Part shown: in pieces, positions 57,258 to 64,000 of the stretch
How the letters are laid out: every line of letters starts with the position of its first letter
Position numbering within the stretch: the first letter of the stretch is position 1
Assembly (NCBI GenBank): GCA_043827405.1
Contig: JBDRPD010000001.1
Coordinates: 14,651 to 78,650 of the forward strand
Direction of reading: 5' to 3'
Source of the DNA: Elusimicrobiota bacterium
GTDB taxonomy: Bacteria > Elusimicrobiota > Elusimicrobia > UBA1565
Length of the DNA stretch: 64,000 nucleotides
The notes under the pieces: model-generated
Seen by the model: only the letters and a program-made list of their open reading frames with translations
Database searches by the model: none
What the model was told of the DNA's origin: nothing
Program-made: the position numbers and the translations under genes

Positions 57258-58988
57258 ATGCTACGAGCTAAATTCAAACTTTTCTGGCAGCGCTACTGGC
57301 TCTGGATCGTCATCGTCATCGGCGGCGCGTTCGCGCTGCTGATGCCTCTGTGGTACCTCTCCCGCATGGAGGAGAGCATCCGGCGCTACATCGTCGGCAT
57401 CAACATCGCGTCGCTGCCTTTCGGCGTCCTGCAGACCATGATCTTCGTCGGTTTCCTGTACCTGCTGCAGTTCGGCGGCGGCTTCGCCCGTTTCAAGAAG
57501 TCGGCCGTAAAGGCCGGCGCGGTCAAAGTCGGGTTTTCCGACGTCATCGGCCTGAGCGAGGCCAAGCGGGAAGCGATTGAGGTCGTGCAGCTCATTAACG
57601 ACCGCTCCAAGCTGCGCCAGGTCGGGGGCAGCATCATGCGGGGCCTGCTGCTGCTGGGACCGCCGGGCTGCGGCAAGACGCTGCTGGCCAAGGCGATCGC
57701 AACCGAGGCGAAGATCCCTTTCCTCTCGGTGGCGGGCTCCGAGTTCGTCGAGATCTTCGTCGGCGTCGGGGCGTCCCGCGTGCGCAAGCTTTTTAAGCAG
57801 GCGCGGCAGTACGCCGAGGCCTATGGCGGCTGCATCATATTCATCGACGAAATCGAGGTCTTGGGCCGTAAACGGGTATTCTACGACGCCTTCGGCGGCT
57901 CCTCGGAGGGCAATTCGACGCTCAACCAACTGCTGGTGGAGATGGACGGCCTGACCGATTCGGACGCCCATGTCGTGGTTATGGGGGCGATGAATGCGGC
58001 CGAAGACGTCCTCGATGCCGCTCTTCTGCGTCCCGGACGCTTCGATCGCAAGCTGCAGATAACGCGGCCGAACCTCGAGGAGCGCCAGGAGCTCTTCGAG
58101 TACTACGCGCGCAAGATTAAAATGGAGCCGCAGATGGATTTCGCGCGCTTGGCGCGCAAGTCGGTGCACAAGACGCCGGCCGACATCGAGAACCTTCTTA
58201 AGGAAGCGGCGCTCATCGCCACCCGCAACAAGCATGATCTCGTCGGCTATAAGGACATCTCCGAGGCGATCGAGCGCATCGCGCTCGGGATAGCCCACAA
58301 GCTCAATATGACCGACCGTGAACGGGAGATGACCGCCTATCATGAGGCGGGTCATCTGGTCATGCTCTTTTTGACCCATCCGACCGACGACGTGTTTAAG
58401 GCCTCGATCATTTCGCGCGGCGGCGCCCTCGGGGTCGTCCACCATAACCCCGCGGAAGAGATTTATTGTCATGACTCTAATACGCTGCTCGCCAATGTCC
58501 GCGTCGCGCTCGCCGGGTACGTCGCGGAAAAGTTTAAGTACGGGGTTACTTCCGACGGCGTAGGCTCCGATTTCGCCAGCGCGATGCAGCATGCTCATAC
58601 CATGGTCTGGCGTTTGGGCATGGGGCCCAATGGCTATGTCGGCGACTACACCGTGGTGCCCAGTGAACAGCTCTCCGATGGGATCAAGGCCCAGCTCAAT
58701 GCCGGCACCCACCGGGTGCTCAAAGATGCGATGGCGGACGTGGAGAAAACCCTTAAGGCCGAATGGCGCATCGTCGAACGTTTTGTCCAAGAGCTCCTGC
58801 GCAGGGACGAGCTCGACTACGACGAGATCGCCGCGATATTCAAGGAGTTCGGCAAGGAGCCGCCCAAGCGGCTGTTCGGCTATTCCAATCCCGTAGCCGT
58901 GCCGCCTGTCGCCGGCCAGACGCAGTCGCATCTAAAGCCGCCCTTCGCGTCTCCAGACATCCCGGAGCCGCCCACACCTTCCCGCTGA
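57258..58988 (+). CDS. FtsH-like AAA+ zinc metalloprotease (M41)
   Basis: Two N-terminal TM helices with a very short loop. GPPGCGKT, FVG pore loop, IFIDE, LLRPGRFDR and HEAGH. Confidence 0.92.
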   Translation: MLRAKFKLFWQRYWLWIVIVIGGAFALLMPLWYLSRMEESIRRYIVGINIASLPFGVLQTMIFVGFLYLLQFGGGFARFKKSAVKAGAVKVGFSDVIGLSEAKREAIEVVQLINDRSKLRQVGGSIMRGLLLLGPPGCGKTLLAKAIATEAKIPFLSVAGSEFVEIFVGVGASRVRKLFKQARQYAEAYGGCIIFIDEIEVLGRKRVFYDAFGGSSEGNSTLNQLLVEMDGLTDSDAHVVVMGAMNAAEDVLDAALLRPGRFDRKLQITRPNLEERQELFEYYARKIKMEPQMDFARLARKSVHKTPADIENLLKEAALIATRNKHDLVGYKDISEAIERIALGIAHKLNMTDREREMTAYHEAGHLVMLFLTHPTDDVFKASIISRGGALGVVHHNPAEEIYCHDSNTLLANVRVALAGYVAEKFKYGVTSDGVGSDFASAMQHAHTMVWRLGMGPNGYVGDYTVVPSEQLSDGIKAQLNAGTHRVLKDAMADVEKTLKAEWRIVERFVQELLRRDELDYDEIAAIFKEFGKEPPKRLFGYSNPVAVPPVAGQTQSHLKPPFASPDIPEPPTPSR

Positions 58989-58992
58989 GCCT

Positions 58993-59112
58993 GGGCCTTT
59001 TGGTCCCAAGCGAAATGCCGCATATTCATAAAGTCCTTATAAAATAATCATTTTCATATAGGCCCTTGGGGGCGCTCAGTCCCTTGACAAACCATGGGGT
59101 GGTCTTTACACT
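58993..59112 (+). promoter_or_regulatory. Palindromic sites and sigma70 promoter of the Gly-rich array
   Basis: GGGCC-N5-GTCCC at 58993. GGGGC-N5-GTCCC-TTGACA-17 nt-TACACT at 59069-59112. Confidence 0.72.
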
Positions 59113-59136
59113 TTGTTTAACATACAGGGGAAGCAA

Positions 59137-60204
59137 ATGCCTGCGATTGTCGGCCGCTCAAGCGGAGCATATAAAGGATACGGGTGGATGCTGTTGGTCG
59201 CCGCGCTCCTTGTGGGGTGGTGGCTGACGGCGCCCATGATGGGCGGAATGGGTTCTGATTCCGTTGATATTCCGTTGACCGCCGAGGTCAACGAGCAGAG
59301 CCTGCGCGCGCTCGATCCCGTTGACAATCCCCAGGGCGCGCCCGGCGCCTTGGTCGGCGCGCAAGCGGCGGACAGCGCGCATTCCGGTACCGAAGGAAGC
59401 CTCCTGACGTCATCGCTCTATCAGGCTCCCGGCGCCGCCGCGGGAGAGCCCATTACCAAAGAGCGCGCCGAAGAAATCAAAGAGGAAGGCGGCGCCCTGG
59501 CGGAGGCCATGGCGCGGGTCGCCGACGCCGGCAAGGCGCCCGACAATTCCTGGGGCGGTAAAGCCGCGCGCTCCGGCATGTCCGGTCCCCGGGCGCAGTT
59601 CGGCAAGGTCGGCGCGACGCGCGAAGGCGGCAGCGGGTCGACGAGCGCGCAGTTCGCCGTGGTCAAGAAGGCGTTCGGGACCGGCGGCGATCCGGGCCTC
59701 GATATCGCCCCGTCCGGCGGCTTCGCGCAAGGCGCGCGCCGCGGGATGCAGTCGGCGGGCGGCGGGGTGAGCCGGGGGCTCAACGAACTCAAGAAGATGA
59801 ACGAGGTCAGCCTGGCCGCGCTCAAGGGGAAAGACGAGACGGCGGCCGGCGGCGGCCGCCGGACTTTTGATGCCAGCGGCAGCCGCGGCGGCAAATCGGC
59901 GATGGACGCTTTGGCCTCGGCGGGAGGTTCCGCCGGCATAGGCAACGACGCCGGGGTGCCGCAGAACCTTAAAGCCAATGATCCCAAGCAGCTGAACAAA
60001 AAGGAATTTAAGCCGCCGGAGGTCAATGCCGGCGAGGTGAAGAACAGCGACAATCAGCGCTACATGGAGCAGCAGATGATGCAGATGATGCTCCAAGCCG
60101 TGCTGACCGGAATTATGGGACCGATGGGCGGCGCGGTCGGCGGCATGATGAGCATGGCGATGCAGATGGACGGTCCGTCTGACGGAAATATGAACAAGCT
60201 GTAG
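59137..60204 (+). CDS. Gly-rich membrane-anchored hypothetical protein with a Met-rich hydrophobic C-terminus
   Basis: ATG 59137 with AGGGG SD. N-terminal TM; C-terminus 'MMQMMLQAVLTGIMGPMGGAVGGMM'. Confidence 0.75.
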   Translation: MPAIVGRSSGAYKGYGWMLLVAALLVGWWLTAPMMGGMGSDSVDIPLTAEVNEQSLRALDPVDNPQGAPGALVGAQAADSAHSGTEGSLLTSSLYQAPGAAAGEPITKERAEEIKEEGGALAEAMARVADAGKAPDNSWGGKAARSGMSGPRAQFGKVGATREGGSGSTSAQFAVVKKAFGTGGDPGLDIAPSGGFAQGARRGMQSAGGGVSRGLNELKKMNEVSLAALKGKDETAAGGGRRTFDASGSRGGKSAMDALASAGGSAGIGNDAGVPQNLKANDPKQLNKKEFKPPEVNAGEVKNSDNQRYMEQQMMQMMLQAVLTGIMGPMGGAVGGMMSMAMQMDGPSDGNMNKL

Positions 60205-60223
60205 GGATGTGCCGGGGGAGACT

Positions 60224-61690
60224 ATGGATAATAAAATTTCACACAAGCCCCAGTTGATGCGCGATGAGGAGAAAAAGGGAGGCGGCTTCATCGCTTCTCT
60301 TATGGCCAAGCTCGGCCTTGGCGGCACCGCCGCCGGCGGGGCGGCCATCGGCGGCGCGGGCGTCGGGGCCGGGATATCTTCCTCCGGTGCGGCCGCGACC
60401 GGCATCGGCCTGCTCTTGTCCAAGACCGGGATAGTGGCGCTTCTCACTATGGGGACCGCGGCGGCGGTGGGCATCAACGCTCTGCGCTCGCCTTCTGTGA
60501 GCATGCCGAAAGCCGGCGGCAGCGTGTTTCGCACCCAGGACGCGGCATCCGCCGGCGACTCCATGGCGAGCACGGGCGCAGCCGGCGCGGCCGGCGAGGA
60601 GGGCGACGCGGCGGCGGGCGGGGTGTCCAATTCGCTCGACTATTTCAATAAGGCGAACCAGGGGGCGGTGCAGGACCCGACCAAATTGGGAGAAGAAGGC
60701 GTCGCCGTAGCCGATGCGCCGGCGGAGGATGCCGAGGAGGTTTCCTCCGGCGTCGAAGCTCCGGATAACAGCAACAGCAAGGGCGGCGCCGCCGGTGCGA
60801 CGCGGCCGCAGATGATCAAGGCCACCAAGTCCTTCAAGGGCAAGTCCGAGAAGTCGACCAATGTTACGCTCCTGGCGCAGGCCGGAGCCGCGGGGGGAAT
60901 CGGCGGCGGCTTCGACAAGACCTACAAGAAGACGGCCGCGATGTCGACCGGAAACCGCAGCGCGCGCGGCGCCCGGCAGGCGCAGTCGATCAGCCGCGGC
61001 CGCGGCACCTCGGCGATCAACCAAGCCAAAGCCGTGCGCAAGAGCAACCGCAATGCGCTGCTGGGTAAAAATTTATCGAGCGCCAGCGCCGGACTGCCTT
61101 ATGACAGCGCCGGCGCCCCCAGCGGCAGCATCGGCGGACCGGCGGGGGTCAGCAATGCCGGCGTGGGCACCGGCGGGGCCGGCGTGGGCGACGCGCGCTT
61201 CAAGCCCAATCGCTCGCTCGATACGCGCGAGCTGCCCGAGCCCAAGAAAGTCGAGAAGACCAAGAACTCGACGCCGTACCAGGAGACCATGCAGCATGCG
61301 ATGCTGGCGGTGATGGCGGCCGGGGCGCTGCTCATGATCGCCGGCATGATCCGCAAGCAGAACGATCCGAAGCTGACGCCTCTGGTCCAGCTGTTCGCGG
61401 GGCTGGCGATAGCGGCGGCGGGCTTGGCGGTCATGAAGGGCATGGAGCTGATGAATGCCTGGGGCCAGAACATGCAGGGCATGATGTTTATGGGCATGGG
61501 CGGCATCATCATGATCCAGGCGGCGATGATCCTTATGAAGCCCGAGTCCGCCGAGGCGGCGCAAGCGGGCGTGGACGCTAAATCGGCGGCGGCCAAAACA
61601 GCGACTGAACAGAGCTTAAAGGGTGCGTCAACGACAGTGACGCCAGAAGTGACGCCGGCGAAGGTGATTAATAATCCGACTAATCCGTGA
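60224..61690 (+). CDS. Gly/Ala-rich membrane protein, array member
   Basis: ATG 60224 with GGGGAG SD. 'DEEKKGGG', hydrophobic Gly-rich segment, 'NSL...ANQG', 'TPYQ', then three C-terminal hydrophobic helices. Confidence 0.78.
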   Translation: MDNKISHKPQLMRDEEKKGGGFIASLMAKLGLGGTAAGGAAIGGAGVGAGISSSGAAATGIGLLLSKTGIVALLTMGTAAAVGINALRSPSVSMPKAGGSVFRTQDAASAGDSMASTGAAGAAGEEGDAAAGGVSNSLDYFNKANQGAVQDPTKLGEEGVAVADAPAEDAEEVSSGVEAPDNSNSKGGAAGATRPQMIKATKSFKGKSEKSTNVTLLAQAGAAGGIGGGFDKTYKKTAAMSTGNRSARGARQAQSISRGRGTSAINQAKAVRKSNRNALLGKNLSSASAGLPYDSAGAPSGSIGGPAGVSNAGVGTGGAGVGDARFKPNRSLDTRELPEPKKVEKTKNSTPYQETMQHAMLAVMAAGALLMIAGMIRKQNDPKLTPLVQLFAGLAIAAAGLAVMKGMELMNAWGQNMQGMMFMGMGGIIMIQAAMILMKPESAEAAQAGVDAKSAAAKTATEQSLKGASTTVTPEVTPAKVINNPTNP

Positions 61691-61746
61691 TGCCGTAAAT
61701 ATACGTTTTCTATTCATGCCGTATCGTTGACGCAAGGAGAACCGTC

Positions 61747-63555
61747 ATGAGCGAGCAAAACAAGGACGATAAAGAACGCAAAGGCGTCGGCGCCGGCATC
61801 GGCACGGGCGGCGGCAGCGGCGGAGCGGCCCCTTCCTGGATGTCGGGAGCGGCGAAAGTCGGCGGCGGCTCTCCGGGCGGTTTGCTGCGCAGTGCGGCCG
61901 GCAAGGGTGGCTTCCTTCTTAAGATGAAGTCCGTTCTATTGTCCAAGGCTTTGATGTTTACCACCGCCACCGGCGGCATGCTTCTGGGCGGCAGCGGCCT
62001 GATGGATATGAATCAGCGCGGCTTCGGCGTGGAGCCGGTCCAGCAGGAGGTCCGCGCCTTCAGCGGCCGATCGAGCTCCGGTTCATCGTCAGCGGCGAAT
62101 GTCCCCGGGGCCGAGCCCTACGGCAAGAGCGCGCTGGAACTGGCCCGGGAGGCCAATGAGGGCGCTTATGGTCAGACGCCGGCGGCGACGGCGGACGCTC
62201 CCAAAGCGACGGAGGGGGCTGAGGAAGATGACGCGGAAGCTCCCGAGGCCAGCGGCGCGGCGGCCGGCATGGATCCCAATGCCATGGCCAACGGCATGCT
62301 GGAGGGGGCGCTCGGCGGGGAGGAGGATTCCAAAGCCAAGCAGGCCCTGGGCAAGAAGTTCGGGAACCTCAGTTCGAATATCGGCGGCGGCGGCACCAAG
62401 GCGCAGCTCTCCGGCGGCGGCGGCATGTCGGGCGGCATCGGCAAGGACTTTAAGCGCAGCGCGCTGAGCAATAAGCGGCTGCAGGCCATGGCCAGGGACC
62501 AAAAGGCGTCCACGAGCCGGGCCATGCAGTCGGCCAACGTAAAGGGCAATGCGGTTAAGCATGGCAAGTTCAGCGGCGGCGCCAACTCCGCCAAGCTCGA
62601 CAAGATGAATAAGTCGATGAAGGGAGCGAAAGGGATGGGAGGGGCCTCCGAGGCGGCGACCCATACCGCGCAATGGTCCGGCGCCGACGGCGGCGGCCAG
62701 GCGCTCTCGGGCGCGGGCGCGAGCTCTCCCGGTTTCGACGACAATGAAGGCACCGGCGGCGGCGGTCCCGCGGGCAGCGGCAGCGGCGGCGGAGGCGGCA
62801 ACTACAACGACGGCTATGACGACGGCTACGGCGACGGGACCGGCACCCAGGCGCCTCCCGGCGGCAATGTTACGCCGTATCAGCAGATGGTGGATATGGC
62901 GCAGGCGATGATCATGCTGGCGTCGGCGCTGCTGCTTATAGCGGGACTGCTCGGTCTGCTCGGCCGGTCGCTGATGAAATCGATCTATCCGGCGACGGTG
63001 GCCTGGGGCGTACTGATGTATAAGATGGCGAAATTTATCGCCTATGCGGCTTGCGCCTGTGCGGCGATCGCGACTTTGTGCGGTCTCGGCATCATGATGC
63101 AGGGGCAGAGTTTGCAAGGCGGCCTGTTTACGGGGATCGGTGCGCTGCTGACCGGTATCTCGTATTATGCGGCGGAAAGCTATGGCGAAGCCGCGACTGG
63201 CGGTGCTAAGGCTACCGCAGCGGCTAATGTCGCAGCGACTAAGGCCGGGACGGCATTGGGAACGACGGCGAGCAATGCGTCTCTGGCGGGGACGGGGGCC
63301 ATTTCGGGTGCCGGCGGCGCCGCCGCCGGCGGCGGCATGATGTCGGGTCAGGAAGGCTGGGAGGGCGACTACAACGAGGACCAGGGCCTCAACCGCGACG
63401 GTTCGGTCAAGACCAACAATACCTCCTCTCAATCAAGCAGCAGCTCGAGTTCCAGTTCGAGCAGTTCGTCGAGTTCGACGGCGTCCACTTCGCAGTCGAA
63501 CCCGTATACGCAGCCGCAGCAGCCTACCAATCCCAACGACAATACCTACGGTTGA
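61747..63555 (+). CDS. Gly/Ala-rich membrane protein, array member, with a poly-Ser tail
   Basis: AAGGAG SD. 'DDKERKG', 'SAL...ANEG', 'TPYQ', three hydrophobic helices and 'GQSLQGGLF'. Confidence 0.78.
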   Translation: MSEQNKDDKERKGVGAGIGTGGGSGGAAPSWMSGAAKVGGGSPGGLLRSAAGKGGFLLKMKSVLLSKALMFTTATGGMLLGGSGLMDMNQRGFGVEPVQQEVRAFSGRSSSGSSSAANVPGAEPYGKSALELAREANEGAYGQTPAATADAPKATEGAEEDDAEAPEASGAAAGMDPNAMANGMLEGALGGEEDSKAKQALGKKFGNLSSNIGGGGTKAQLSGGGGMSGGIGKDFKRSALSNKRLQAMARDQKASTSRAMQSANVKGNAVKHGKFSGGANSAKLDKMNKSMKGAKGMGGASEAATHTAQWSGADGGGQALSGAGASSPGFDDNEGTGGGGPAGSGSGGGGGNYNDGYDDGYGDGTGTQAPPGGNVTPYQQMVDMAQAMIMLASALLLIAGLLGLLGRSLMKSIYPATVAWGVLMYKMAKFIAYAACACAAIATLCGLGIMMQGQSLQGGLFTGIGALLTGISYYAAESYGEAATGGAKATAAANVAATKAGTALGTTASNASLAGTGAISGAGGAAAGGGMMSGQEGWEGDYNEDQGLNRDGSVKTNNTSSQSSSSSSSSSSSSSSSTASTSQSNPYTQPQQPTNPNDNTYG

Positions 63556-63567
63556 TAGAGCGCAACG

Positions 63568-64000
63568 ATGAGCCCAGCAAACGAAGACGAGAAAAAGGAA
63601 AAGCAAGGCGCCGGGGCGGTGCTGCCGGGCGCGGCGCCGGTCCTGATGAAGTCCGTATCCACCGGCAGCGGCCTGTTCGGCATGGCGGGCGGGGGCTTCA
63701 AGGCGTTTCTGCTGGGAAAGATCGGCATCGCGGCGGCGGCGCTGGGTGTCGGCATGGTGGGAATGGCGGGATATCAGGCGGTCACGCAGAAAAAAACGCC
63801 CGCGGCGAAGCAGGTCCTCGCGGCGGCGCAGGTCGCGCGTCCCGGCTTCGATGTAAGGGAGTCCAAGCGCGACGCGCAGGGCAGTAATTCCTTGGCGCTG
63901 ATGGAGCAGGCCGGACAGGGCGAGATCAATTGGGCCGGCGCCGGCGGCGCGGGTCAGGACGGCGCGGCGGCGGATGCTCCCGCCGGCGAGGGCGAGGGCG
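63568..64000 (+). CDS. Gly/Ala-rich membrane protein, array member (runs off the window)
   Basis: Not in the ORF track; translated by hand: MSPANEDEKKEKQGAGAVLPG...FLLGKIGIAAAALGVGMVG...NSLALMEQAGQG. Same motifs as the two preceding genes. Confidence 0.75.
   Translation, partial: MSPANEDEKKEKQGAGAVLPGAAPVLMKSVSTGSGLFGMAGGGFKAFLLGKIGIAAAALGVGMVGMAGYQAVTQKKTPAAKQVLAAAQVARPGFDVRESKRDAQGSNSLALMEQAGQGEINWAGAGGAGQDGAAADAPAGEGEG

Noticed and set aside
63421..63495. Poly-Ser tract as a phase-variable microsatellite
   Set aside because: Encoded by mixed Ser codons (TCC, TCT, AGC, TCG, AGT), not a perfect slippage repeat.

Overview
High-GC bacterial chromosomal window. The gene content (PorV-like barrels coupled to FN3/CTD giant proteins, TPR receptor kinases, Gly-rich membrane proteins) suggests Elusimicrobiota, but this is an unverified inference. 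No rRNA, tRNA, CRISPR array or transposase was seen. Layout: (1) 1-20160: two tandem 'giant secreted protein + PorV-like barrel' cassettes, one cargo being a 3433-aa S8 protease on a long FN3 stalk, plus a fibre-like protein. (2) 20396-28755 and 46967-51049: ndk and peptidoglycan-sugar scavenging genes (murQ, anmK, esterases, SSS symporter, namZ, mltA, nagZ). (3) 28911-32724: a receptor pseudokinase/kinase pair. (4) 34305-46833: an alpha-glucan locus with three GH13 enzymes, one fused to a full-length domain resembling the plant chloroplast maltose exporter MEX1. Three of its proteins share a ~160-170 aa N-terminal leader and an exactly spaced promoter architecture. (5) smc and a phosphoesterase. 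(6) 55531-64000: TadG/TadE-like pseudopilins, an FtsH-like protease and an array of Gly-rich membrane proteins. A G[AGT]CCC element abutting the -35 box occurs in six promoters covering the leader-tagged genes, the tad genes and the Gly-rich genes, and is absent from the other promoters checked. The best candidate for an undescribed system is a co-regulated Tad-associated export apparatus with leader-tagged starch-degrading and maltose-transporting cargo. This remains a hypothesis.
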